A DNA stretch of 64,000 bases from Perkinsela sp. CCAP 1560/9 (lineage: Eukaryota > Protista > Euglenozoa: Kinetoplastea): contig CBFFSA010000003.1 of NCBI GenBank assembly GCA_965644495.1, forward strand, positions 248,001 through 312,000, in the 5' to 3' direction. Both the position numbers and the translations under genes were made by a program. The notes below the pieces were generated by a model. That model saw nothing but the letters and a program-made list of their open reading frames with translations. It did no database searches and was not told where the DNA came from. Positions 1 through 10,497 of this stretch are shown piece by piece (the stretch's first letter is position 1; every line of letters begins with the position of its first letter).

Positions 1-349
1 CAACGAATCGTGAAGATTTGAGACGAGCGATCGCTTCTGGGGTCGAAAAATTAAAGGGGGAGCAATACGATGTATTTTTGAGAACTTTAAAGAGTGTTCC
101 AACGCGTGTGAAAATTTTGTTGGAGAAAAAAGGTGGAAATTGTGGATACTAACTTTTTTTTACCAGAAAAAAAACTTGCAGTTGCCCTATTTACGGTATT
201 CAGGAGAATGCATATACCTGGAAACTACGTAAAACGTAATATCACATGACACGTAACTCTGCGAGAGCTCTCGAATGCGCTATTATTTTGCAAAATTAGC
301 CGAGTTATAAGAATTTTGACCCCCCGATATTTTCGTGCACCCCTCTGTA
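1..349 (+). mobile_element. 3' end of a Tc1/mariner element (transposase C-terminus plus right terminal repeat), truncated by the window edge
   Basis: Frame 3..152 reads TNREDLRRAIASGVEKLKGEQYDVFLRTLKSVPTRVKILLEKKGGNCGY*, a typical Tc1 C-terminus. 262-347 (gagagctctcgaatgcgcta...gaccccccgat...cccctctg) followed by TA resembles the right TIR of the MITE at 26308-26870. Confidence 0.8.
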
Positions 350-1406
350 TTTTACTAAGAGTACGAAATATTCTTTGTCCACCTTTTGGTTTTTTGAACC
401 AGTGACGTTTTTGGTCGGCGTGTGTACCGTCAATGAGATGGCAGTCCGAGACCTTTCATAAAGCAAGAGCTTATCATAAAGATACTTTTCTTCAGGAAGT
501 GAAACGTTCATTTATTTTCGCGCGTCGCCTTTTTCCGATATACCGTAGACCCCCCCAGTAACAAGGATTTGATCATTTCTGGGACGGTCCCCAGTAGCAG
601 GGGTTTGGCTAGGGAGAGTGGCTCAGGGGGGGAGGGGGGTTTTGGGCGGGGCGAGGGAAGTTGCGCAGGGGCGAATGGCGTAGGTACGGGGTTGTCAATC
701 AACGCACTCATGAAATACCTGATGTACGAGGGGACAAATTCGTATCTTCTGGCGCTATGTACTATGACTTTACGGAAGTGCATGAGCTCACTCACTTGCA
801 TGAAAAATGAACCACAGAAAAAGTCTTGATTGCCAAAAAAAATCGGAGTTCGTCACAGCACATTCTTCTTGTCTTTTGTCATTTCTGCGTTTGTTCGACA
901 TGGGTGATACTGGACGAGGTAAAGAAAAAGCAGGGGGAAAATAAAGGTTTAAATATAGTATTTATGTGATTATAGCACCTTAAAATTGGTATAGAATCTA
1001 TACTAATTTAGTATCTATACTAATTTAGAATCTATACATCTATTAGATGTAGTTTTAAGGATCCCTGGAAAAAGCGAACTCGAACAATATTCAAAAATAT
1101 CATTTTCAACCTACATTTACATGTAGGTTTACATTTACATGTATACTGCATCTTACCCGATAATAGTACAAGATGGTCTGAATAGCCCATATCGTATGTA
1201 GCAGGGACTTTAGCATACGTAATAGCTATAATATACGTACAAAACAATGAGATTAGTAAGTGCCATAGAAAAAGTGGATTCTGATTTAAATAAAAGCCAC
1301 ATGGAGTATCGTCTTTTTATACAAGATCGTACTCTAAAAGTATATTCCATAAATAGAACTATTGAAACTATCATTCGAAACCGGTGCAGAGCATAAATTT
1401 GAGCTT

Positions 1407-2393
1407 TTAGTTCTGCATCGAACTTCTAACAGGCTTGGGTGTATGTGAGCGTGCTCGCACGCGCTGTCTGTGCTCTGGTCCTATGTAGTCCCAGTCTATC
1501 TGTTCTGAAATCGCATGAACCGAACTCTTTCTTCCTGGCGCTTTCTCGTGATGCGATTTCAGACACCGCCTACGTTGGACCCACCTAACAAAAATAGCAA
1601 CCAGTAATGCAGCCAACAAGGAGACACCAATCATAAAACGAGAGAGTTGTGATGAGGTACGAGAGATAGAAAGTATGGTTGCGGTTGTATTCAACGGAGT
1701 GGCTAGAAACGTTTCCTCTTCACCCACATAGAACACTTGTAGCACGAAGTTGTAGTCCCGGTTCTCGAGATCTACACCGGGAAACAGGCGATACGGCAAA
1801 CTGATCGTGTCTCCGGGGCGCACCGTGCGGTTGTACTGCGCACCAGTAAAATTCTGCACAAAAAACGCCGGCTGTCCCACAGCGAGATGCGCCAGGACAT
1901 ATTCCACCCGGTAACTTCCGGCCAACGCGTCCCGTTGGGCCCGGTTAGCGACCGTCACAACCACATCCATCGGAGACCCCGCGGTGAGCTCCACCGAAGA
2001 ACTCCCGGTATAGGAGGGCACCCGCACGGCACAGCGTATGTCCTGGGACTCCGTAGACTGCAGCATCTCCTCCTCCTCCTCGTCTTCTTCCTCTTCTTGA
2101 GTCTCCAGCTGTCGACTCTCTTCCATTTGCTTCACATCCTCTTCACTACCCTCGCTGTTTTCAACTCCTTTCCTTGTGCTGTTCTCATCCATGGAGCTTG
2201 AACTAGTCCTCTCGACGTCGTCATCATAGGCCGCGAGATGCGGAACCCATGGAGCTGTGGTTTTCAAACCACTTCGATTAAGTGAGAGAGAAGCAGATAG
2301 AAGAGAAGAGTGTGAGGATAATGGGGGAGAAAACCCGAGGAGAAGGGAAAGGAAAAGGGGCAGTGTACGAAAGTGAAGGAGACGCGGGGGCAT
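1407..2393 (-). CDS. SSR1: Translocon-associated protein alpha (TRAP-alpha/SSR1)-like
   Basis: Signal peptide, acidic tract, 'FFVQNFTGAQYNRTVRPGDTISLPYRL', single TM helix, C-terminal 'IDWDYI' motif. Confidence 0.75.
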   Translation of the reverse strand: MPPRLLHFRTLPLFLSLLLGFSPPLSSHSSLLSASLSLNRSGLKTTAPWVPHLAAYDDDVERTSSSSMDENSTRKGVENSEGSEEDVKQMEESRQLETQEEEEDEEEEEMLQSTESQDIRCAVRVPSYTGSSSVELTAGSPMDVVVTVANRAQRDALAGSYRVEYVLAHLAVGQPAFFVQNFTGAQYNRTVRPGDTISLPYRLFPGVDLENRDYNFVLQVFYVGEEETFLATPLNTTATILSISRTSSQLSRFMIGVSLLAALLVAIFVRWVQRRRCLKSHHEKAPGRKSSVHAISEQIDWDYIGPEHRQRVRARSHTPKPVRSSMQN

Positions 2394-3035
2394 GCCACTT
2401 ACAGGGGGGGGGGTAAAAAGAGGGTTAGGAAAAGGGGGAAGGTCTTAGAAATGAGTTTGTAGGACGGTAGTGGGAAAAAGGAAACCAATATCTAGATAAG
2501 AATGTATTAAGAGTAAATTTACACCCAAACACATTGACTAATAAATAGTTTACTTCGTAATTTAAAATTACGCAGATTTGCGCACCATATACGTATCATA
2601 GTCTTGCACTGAGCCCTGTAACATACAAGAGTGTCCTCTTTTTATTAATAAAAATAGTAAAAAGAACAAGCTTCAAAAAGATATACATGTACATGTACAT
2701 GTACATATTCTAAGCGATTCGATTCATAGCCAGTTATACATCAAGGCGAGTATTAGAGATTGAAATTGACCAACAATAACTACTGACAACTAAGTAAGCA
2801 CACATTCAGTGTATTACAATGTGAAGAGGTGAATGCAAAAATTAACAAGTTTTTGTCAGTTTTAAAGAATTTGAAACTTCACTGGGATCCTACTAGATGG
2901 CATTTTGAGGCACAATACTTCTATTGCCAGCCGAATCTCTCGTGAGCACATGATCACTTTTTTAGCTCACATGCACTTTTTTAGCTCGAGATGCATTTAT
3001 ATAGTTTAGCATTTCCTTTTGTAATCGTTTGCGAA

Positions 3036-5111
3036 TTATTTATGTAAGTTTACCTTGAGTCTACTTTTTTGAATCTGGCTCTTCCTTTTCTTCAGTTTGA
3101 GGGGATGGATAAGACGGGCTCCGGGCTTTTTATAATTCGGATATTTAACGTGAGACTCCGATTTAGATTCTTTTCTCGGGCAGTACATTTCCGTCGCCTC
3201 GTAAAGTGTGCGTGCTTTTCCGTACACTTCACCATGCGCAGAAGAAGAAACGGCTTGCGACTTTGATACGCATTGATCAAACTCTTTCCAGAATTGAGCA
3301 ACGACCCTATGGCGCAGTGTGCCTCCGTTGGCCATAGTATTTAACATTTTTTCCATCCCAGATGTATACCCTGTATCGACGAAAGACTGGAAATGTTTTT
3401 TAGCGAAATATGCCGCCATTTCGCCTTGCGGTGCGAGTTGTAACTTTTGATCACGTAGGTGGGACACATAGCCGCGCTCTCGCAGTGTCACCATAGTAGT
3501 CGGGTATGTGGAAGGCCGACCGATACCTGCGTCTTTGAGAGCCTTTATCAACGTTCCTTCGGTCAACCTCTGCGGCTTTGCCTCACGATGTGTCGCGACC
3601 CGAATGTCATGTAAAGTCACCGTTGAGTCTGGCATCGCTGTTATGGTATCATAGAGTGACCGATTCTGCACTTCCGCAGAGGACTTTTCGTCGAAAGACA
3701 ATCCAGGGGTCGTGAACGCCAGACGATATCCAGGGCTGGAAATATAGGCCGACGACACAGTAACCACTGCCCGATCGCGACCCTCTGACGCAGCTGAAAA
3801 CACGACGTTAGCTTCTGCTACGTTTTGCACAAGTGAGGCCATACGGCTTGCAATAGTTCGTTGATAGATAAGCGTATAAAGCATCATCGCACCCCCCGTA
3901 AGAGACATTGTTCTAGGAGTCTTTGTCAGATCTGTAGGACGTATCGCTTCGTGTGCCCCTTCCGCATTTGAAGTGTCCTTCTTGCGAGATTTTCTTCCAA
4001 CGCCTACCAAGGATTTTCCATAGGTCTGAGAAACATAGCTCAGCAGAGAGTTTTCAAACTCTTCAGACAGACGTTCTGAATCGGTGCGCGGGTAGGTGAT
4101 GAGTCCTTCAGTAAACAATTTCTGTGTTATCTGACTTACTTGGTCACCTCTCATGCAGAATTGTTTTCCGGCCTCAATAAGGAGCGTTGCCATTGTAAAT
4201 GGATGTGGAGGTGAGACAGTCTTCGTATTGATCTGTACTTTTACTTTTCCGCAGTGACCTTTCCACTTTTTTAGAAGTTCTGTTACGCGTTCCTCGCATA
4301 AATTTTGATCCGTAGTTAGACCTGCTGTTTTTGCGTCGAATGCGCCAAAGAGGTCTTCATGAGAGGAGTTATTACGTAGAACAGGATATACATCGTACTT
4401 CACAAGAGCTCCCCTCTGTTGAAATTTACGGATTTCGTTTTCGCGTTCTTGTACTATGTGCAATGCTGGCGTCTGGACCCTTCCTATTGACCGACAGCTA
4501 GGATGTACTTTTTGCAAAAGAATGCTCGCTGTAAATCCGAAAATTTTATCCATAGCATGACGGGCCAAAGCACTGTCAACAAGATTCTTATCAATGAAAT
4601 TTTCCCTCCGCTCCACAAAACCCTTGGTCACCATTTCGTCCGTCATAGCATAGAAATAAGCGCGTGAAAAAGGTACTCCAACCTTGGTAGGGAGAATCAT
4701 GTCATGAATATGGGCCGCGATCAGCTCTCCTTCGCGATCAGGATCGGATGCAAGGACAACCTCTCTTATCCTAGAATGTGCCAGAACGTCGATGATTCCT
4801 TGAATAATATTCAATTTGTCCTTTCTCAATTTCCATTGCATTTCGTAGTTGTCGCGGAGTTCCAAATCGCAGCTTTCCATGAAGTGTCCTACTGTGGCCA
4901 TAACTTGAAGGTTCACTACGTTATTTGATCGACTGGAAAGGTACTTTGACAAATAATTTCGCACCGCCGGGGCCTTGTTCGGTGATTCCACTAAAACTAG
5001 AATCATTGGGTCGCCTTTACTAACGACGTTCTGCTTGACCGGTCTAAGGAATCCACGATCTGCCCGTGCTCCCGTAAGAGATACCAGATACTTCCCAGAC
5101 ACACGATACAT
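3036..5111 (-). CDS. Type IA DNA topoisomerase (bacterial TopA-like, probably mitochondrial)
   Basis: Toprim 'LVESPNK' and 'ASDPDREGE', 'SIGRVQTPAL', catalytic 'ITYPRTDS', 'AHEAIRPT', 'GIGRPSTY'. First ATG at 5111 gives an Arg-rich leader. Confidence 0.93.
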   Translation of the reverse strand: MYRVSGKYLVSLTGARADRGFLRPVKQNVVSKGDPMILVLVESPNKAPAVRNYLSKYLSSRSNNVVNLQVMATVGHFMESCDLELRDNYEMQWKLRKDKLNIIQGIIDVLAHSRIREVVLASDPDREGELIAAHIHDMILPTKVGVPFSRAYFYAMTDEMVTKGFVERRENFIDKNLVDSALARHAMDKIFGFTASILLQKVHPSCRSIGRVQTPALHIVQERENEIRKFQQRGALVKYDVYPVLRNNSSHEDLFGAFDAKTAGLTTDQNLCEERVTELLKKWKGHCGKVKVQINTKTVSPPHPFTMATLLIEAGKQFCMRGDQVSQITQKLFTEGLITYPRTDSERLSEEFENSLLSYVSQTYGKSLVGVGRKSRKKDTSNAEGAHEAIRPTDLTKTPRTMSLTGGAMMLYTLIYQRTIASRMASLVQNVAEANVVFSAASEGRDRAVVTVSSAYISSPGYRLAFTTPGLSFDEKSSAEVQNRSLYDTITAMPDSTVTLHDIRVATHREAKPQRLTEGTLIKALKDAGIGRPSTYPTTMVTLRERGYVSHLRDQKLQLAPQGEMAAYFAKKHFQSFVDTGYTSGMEKMLNTMANGGTLRHRVVAQFWKEFDQCVSKSQAVSSSAHGEVYGKARTLYEATEMYCPRKESKSESHVKYPNYKKPGARLIHPLKLKKRKSQIQKSRLKVNLHK

Positions 5112-5532
5112 AATACGTCTCAATACACAAATTTACGTTAAAAAGAATTAATATACGTCTTTCAAAATCATTCTAATTTGTTATTCTTTTTCTTTCCAAT
5201 GTACTGTCTTTCTTTGTACAATGAATTTCTTTCCTTTTTTTCTTCCTCTGTAGTATAACTTAATCGAAATCGGTAACCATATCGTACGATAGCGGTAAAT
5301 CATTTAAAATGTAAGGACCGTCTAAATAACATTCAGTTCTTGTTGTCATATCACAGCCTGAGACAAAACAAAATGCGTATTCGACGAGAAAAAATGGTGA
5401 AAATGCGAATTATTCGATTCAAAAGATTTTCTTACGTGAACATTTGTTCGTTGGAGCCTCAATGTTCGTCACTCAAGGAAAATTCTTTCCAGGAAAATGC
5501 CGCCTCTCATAAGAGTACTTTGAATCGACGCG

Positions 5533-5976
5533 TCATGGGATTCCGTTTCCAGAATGTGGGGAATTTCCTTGTTTTCTTACTTTTTCAGGATCTGGTAATT
5601 TCACCCCGCCTGCTGTCAGCACTGGGAGAAAAGTGGAACGTATTCCAGTTAACTGAAGAATGAACGATCTTCTCCAACCATCGATAATGTGACGAAAGAT
5701 CTGATAAGGCTCCGACTGCTGGTCAATTGGACGTGCAAGCATGATTGCCACATGTGCTAGTCGATCCCAAGTGGGTAGATAAGACTGCTGAATGCGACCA
5801 ACATTGTACGTCAATCTCTCACGCCAAAAGTTGTGTGTATTTGCGTGTATGGCGCTTGAAGGAATCGTTGTGGAAGGGTCTGCAGTAGGCTGATTGTTTA
5901 AACTTATGTGACTCGAGAAAAACCCCGAAGTACGGCGCACGAGGAAGCGATCGAATCTTTTCATTACCGGCATCAC
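5533..5976 (-). CDS. Hypothetical protein, possibly mitochondrial
   Basis: 147-aa ATG ORF in cluster orientation with a basic N-terminus (MKRFDRFLVRRT); no family recognised. Confidence 0.55.
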   Translation of the reverse strand: MMPVMKRFDRFLVRRTSGFFSSHISLNNQPTADPSTTIPSSAIHANTHNFWRERLTYNVGRIQQSYLPTWDRLAHVAIMLARPIDQQSEPYQIFRHIIDGWRRSFILQLTGIRSTFLPVLTAGGVKLPDPEKVRKQGNSPHSGNGIP

Positions 5977-6338
5977 AGAAGATACCCTGCTCTCGTCATA
6001 AACTCACGTAACCCGTCAGTAAAAAGGTAGAATAATTCGTTTTCTTGTCCTGTTCCAATAAACATGCCATGCAGTAAATTCACCCATATTGTCCTCGTTT
6101 GCAATTTTTAAACACTTCAAAATGAGAACTCCTGCATAAGACAAGATACTAATGATGTGATAAAAATGACTTTGCCGCTTAATTATGAAGATCTGCATAA
6201 GGTTAAAAATATGTAGGCAAAGTAATGCTTCGAATCGCTACATGTGTTTTGGTAACAATTCAACCATTCTATCCGAGTCTAGTGGAATGGCTTTGGAGAG
6301 CCAAAAATGTCTTTCGTTGACGGGACGATTTATACTCA

Positions 6339-7921
6339 TTACTTAAAATTCGCAAACCGTCCGCCACCCCCACTAAACCGACCCCCACCTTCGTTGCCCG
6401 GGTCTGCTCTCTGAAACCCCCCACCCCCTCGACCAGCGGGCGGGCCGTAACCTCCACGGCTAAATCCGCCTCCCCCACCGCGGCTGAATCCTCCTCCCCC
6501 TCCTCCACGGTTGAATCCCCCACCCCCCTCACGGTTGAATCCGCCCCCACCCCCCTCACGGTTGAATCCGCCCCCACCCCCCTCACGGTTGAATCCGCCC
6601 CCACCCCCCTCACGGTTGAATCCGCCCCCACCCCCCTCACGGTTAAATCCGCCCCCTCCCCCACCACGGCCATACCCTCCGCCGCCACCACCACCACCAC
6701 GGCTGAATCCTCCACGACCAAATCCCCCAGCCCTGCCGAATCCCCCACGCGAGGGTCCGCCTCGACCTCCTCTGGAAAAGCCATCCGATGGGCCCTCACT
6801 TCGCTTCGCCTCCTTCATCGCTTGCCGGGCCTCACGTAGCTCCCCAACCTGCGTCGCCTTCTGCTTGGCAATCTTAGCCGCCACAGAGGTGGGGACCGCG
6901 TAGTACGCGGTGCCGGTGTTCTCCCCCTCCTCCATTGAGGCCTGCTTGACCACAAACAGCTGTTGCCGGTCTTTTAGAAATTTAAGCAGCCCCCTTTCTC
7001 ACCACACGCCTCCTGGGCCTCCTCGGGCAACGCTGCCATGAGCTTTGGCACCTGCATCGGTGTAATCACACCCTCCTTGACCGGAAAGTGAGACATAATC
7101 TGCATTAAAAGCATCCCATCCGACTTAAACGGGTTGTACGACTTCCCCCCTTCCCCCTCCTGCCCCTCCGTACCCGACGGACCACCTTCCTCCCCCACCG
7201 ATCCCCCACGACCATATCCCGCAGCTCCACCTTGAAACCCTCCCCGAGCAGAGCCTCCCATAAACCCCCCTCGACCACGTCCCATTCCCCCCCCTCCTCG
7301 GTACGGGGGCGAACCGTACCCTTGACCTCGGCTAGTGTTCTCATTATACCCCTCACTCCCCCCACTACCCCCACTCCGATCAAAGGCGCCACTAAAGCCT
7401 CCACGACGCTGGAAGCCCCCCCCTCCCCCTCCCCCTCCCCCTCCCCCTCCCCCTCCCCCTCCCCCTCGGTTGAACGCCTCCCCGAATCGACCCCCTCCCG
7501 CTCCCGCTGCCTCCCCGGGCCGGGCGAAGGCCGCGGCACTGTGGGCGTAGAGTACCGAGGGGAGGGGGGAGGGGCCCGAGGGCAGAGGGGCGAGAGGACC
7601 GGCTCGGGCCCCGCTCGAGGCGTAGCGTAGGGTCAGCCCCCCCGGGAGGGTGGAGCGTGTGGAGAGGACGTTGCTGTTGGTTGTCGTGGTGGTTGGGGGG
7701 GGAGGAGAGCGAGATGTGCCGGAGGGGGGTTGAAGGGAAGGGGGGGTATTTTTAACCCCGGTGTTGCAGGGGGAACAGGGGCATGGGGGGTTGTGTGGTG
7801 GGGGTGGGGGGATGGGGTGATGGAGGGGTTGGGTAGGGGTTGGGGGGGTTGGGGAGGAAGGGGTGGGGTAGGTGCGTGAGGAGAAAGGGGAGAGGAAGCC
7901 AAGATAGGCGGTGCGACGCAT
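6339..7921 (-). CDS. RGG/FGG-repeat RNA-binding protein with central OST-HTH-like helical domain; split by a 1-nt frameshift at the C5 run 6990-6994
   Basis: ORFs 6974..7921 and 6339..6953 join as EKGGLLKFLKDRQQLFVVKQ if one G is added to the GGGGG run. Both halves are RGG-rich; N-terminus MRRTAYLGFLSPFSSR resembles a mitochondrial presequence. Confidence 0.7.
6507..6660. repeat. 24-bp coding tandem repeat (about 5-6 units) encoding GGGFNREG
   Basis: Unit cccctcacggttgaatccgccccc(a) repeated directly. Confidence 0.9.
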
Positions 7922-8062
7922 TTAACTCGTGTGGGAGAAAATACTGAAAAAAAAATATTGGTTTAGGTATATGAGTTTGTTTTTAGTTTCATGGATTTTT
8001 GATTTTACAGGTTCAGAATAATGACAAAGAAAAAAGTGATCAAACTATCCGAAGCAAGGCAC

Positions 8063-9202
8063 CTATTCACTAGTGTGAGTGGGCAAGTAATACAAGAACG
8101 TGACGTCCTCGGAACACAACGTGGAGACAACAAGACCCGTATCCCTTGGACAATGAAACAAAGTTCGCTTTACTCGAATATACTTCAGCTTATCTATGGA
8201 GCGTAAAATGTTGGAAAACGTTTTCGTGCATAGTGCATAAGCCAATGTCTCCTCCGCGTTCTCATTTTCCTCATCCACACTTGTATCTCGACGTGTATTA
8301 CGAGGTTCATCACTCTCCACGACGAGGGCCTCCGTATTTTCCTGTAGAAACGCTGCCGTATCGACGACCGGTAAATCCGAGAAGGTACATTGTATTTTAT
8401 GTGTATCCCTGCACACCACAAGCCTCATTTTTGCTCGTGAAAGGGAAGCCTGCCTTGATTTGCTCACGTACAGCATACAATCCTCTGCGATGGCTTGCGG
8501 GGTGGTACCCATGGAGTACCACCTTTGTGTGGCATTGGACTTTGTCGTGTGGCCCACCGCACGGTGGGAGGAGTCAAAGAACCCGTAGAGCGTGGAGGGC
8601 GGAGGGGGGTGTAGCGCGAACACACAGCTGTCCAGCGTGGGCAGCCGTGTGTCCGAGACCTCCCCCTCTGCGAGAACCCGCACCGGGACACTGTGTGTGA
8701 TATCCCCATCAAGGGTGGGCTCACAGTGGGAGGGACCGAGTCCCGAACCCCTGGGGTCCGCGGGGTTGGGGTTAAGACGTCGTGCGGCGCCTCGTTTCAT
8801 GGCCAGCGAGAGGTTCAGTGTGGGCTGGGTGCCATCCTTGGTAAGGCGTAGCGTAACGGGGGTTGAGGTGGGGAGGTGGGAAGAGGGTGAAGAGGTGTCT
8901 TCGGCTTCGCAGCCTTGGCGAAGGGCTAACATCAGGTCCGCAAGGCTGACTTCACAGTAGATGTCATTGTGGAGCTTTGATTTGATGTGAAAGAGCTGAA
9001 AGATGGACGCGGTGGGAATTGAGACCCAGACTTGGGCATTGGGGGAACTTTTTGAGGTGGCTTCGTCTGTGCCAGATCCTTTGACGACGAGTCGAATTCG
9101 TGCAGAGTTTAGACGTAGTATTGCAGTTTTGCTAATCTTTCGTAGCGAATCACATGCTGCATATAATGCGCGAGCGTTGTGAAGTGTTGCCTTAAATTTC
9201 AT
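8063..9202 (-). CDS. HUS1: Checkpoint clamp subunit Hus1 (9-1-1 complex)
   Basis: MKFKA start, 'AILRL', 'QVW...IF', 'LRLTKDGTQPTL', 'ITHSVPVRVL', terminal 'FLYYLP'. Confidence 0.85.
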   Translation of the reverse strand: MKFKATLHNARALYAACDSLRKISKTAILRLNSARIRLVVKGSGTDEATSKSSPNAQVWVSIPTASIFQLFHIKSKLHNDIYCEVSLADLMLALRQGCEAEDTSSPSSHLPTSTPVTLRLTKDGTQPTLNLSLAMKRGAARRLNPNPADPRGSGLGPSHCEPTLDGDITHSVPVRVLAEGEVSDTRLPTLDSCVFALHPPPPSTLYGFFDSSHRAVGHTTKSNATQRWYSMGTTPQAIAEDCMLYVSKSRQASLSRAKMRLVVCRDTHKIQCTFSDLPVVDTAAFLQENTEALVVESDEPRNTRRDTSVDEENENAEETLAYALCTKTFSNILRSIDKLKYIRVKRTLFHCPRDTGLVVSTLCSEDVTFLYYLPTHTSE

Positions 9203-9445
9203 TAGGAAGGGCAATAATTTTCCCCTATTATTGAATTGTAAAGTTGGTGAAACTAGCTAGAGAATCCTTTGTTTTCTGGAAAAGACCGAAAAAAATAGGG
9301 CTTGTATATGAGAGATTGAACATTTTACTTTTTTGATAGGGGAAGTTATACTAAAAAGCGCACAAAACTGTACGCGGCTTGTGAATAAATTGTGTAAACA
9401 TGCAGGCACGCATCTCATACTGAAGCGACCCAAAAGCAGCTTGAC

Positions 9446-10240
9446 CTAAAAATGCATTAAATTTGGTTTCTTTTGGCTTAGATCCTGCGTTACGTGTCGC
9501 GAATATTTAGAAGGATGTATTTGAGTCACTGCGTGTCGGACCTGGGCGTTGACGCTATCCCTAGAATCATAATTTACGTAACAATAAGGATATTCCGTGT
9601 ATCGCTTAGCTTCTGAGGTTGGCTTCCCTACAAGTCTCTGGTACAACTGTGCAAAGAAGTCGAGGTGTGTGTTTTTGTGTTCCTCCAAAGAGAGATATCG
9701 CGTGAAGCGCACCATATTACGACTTTTCCCCTTTCTTCGAACCAATTCGTCAAAACTACGATCTTCGCTAATAACGGTGAACGGTACGCCCTTTGGACAT
9801 ATGGCCCCGAGTTTACCCACACAGAGAGCCAAAGCTGTGTCGGCGGAATTCTTCTGCATAGCCGCAGGCATGTCGAATTCTACATCATGATGGCGCAATA
9901 GGTCGTAAAAACACGTACTACCCACTGTAAAATCGTATAACCTGAGACGTACATTGTTGAAACACCAAATAAATGTCCCAGGTGGAAGAAGGAACGGCAG
10001 CGGATTGTCACCACCACAGAGCTCCTGTGCCGCGTGATCGCATCTTCGAAAGAAATCGGGGACATTGTCAAAGTCAAGAAGCATCACGTGTCTAATACCT
10101 TTGCGAGTTAATGTCAGGGAAACACCTGGGGCGCGGGGAAGGTTGATGCTTCTTACCGTAGATGATGTTGTTGCATGATGTCTCTCGTCGATTTTCATCT
10201 TGTCCTTTTGATTCTTTTCAGAAACGTTTTGTGTACTCAT
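9446..10240 (-). CDS. PIN/NYN-fold protein (ZNF451 C-terminal PIN-like type)
   Basis: 'LLDFDNVP', 'GTFIWCF', 'KNSADTALALCVGKL', 'VPFTVISEDRSFDEL' match the PIN/NYN acidic motif pattern. Confidence 0.7.
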   Translation of the reverse strand: MSTQNVSEKNQKDKMKIDERHHATTSSTVRSINLPRAPGVSLTLTRKGIRHVMLLDFDNVPDFFRRCDHAAQELCGGDNPLPFLLPPGTFIWCFNNVRLRLYDFTVGSTCFYDLLRHHDVEFDMPAAMQKNSADTALALCVGKLGAICPKGVPFTVISEDRSFDELVRRKGKSRNMVRFTRYLSLEEHKNTHLDFFAQLYQRLVGKPTSEAKRYTEYPYCYVNYDSRDSVNAQVRHAVTQIHPSKYSRHVTQDLSQKKPNLMHF

Positions 10241-10497
10241 GGTTGATGCAGATAAATTTGTAAAAGTTTAGTATGATGGGCTAAATCTGATCCACTATTC
10301 AGCTTTCGAAGACTCTGTTATCTGAATTTCTACTTTTTTAGTTGAACTTTTGTCACTTACTATATTGCGTTTGCTGCTGGATTTACTACCTACGTAACAC
10401 CACTGTATTAGATTTCGTAAAGCTATTTACAAATTACATTTACATAAAACGTACTACTGGTTTGTACTACAAAAAAGTAGAATATCACCTTTTACTG

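Noticed and set aside
305-829. Short ORFs 305..511(-), 508..801(-), 569..829(+)
   Set aside because: Possibly a disrupted gene remnant cut by the Tc1 end, but no family motif is recognisable.
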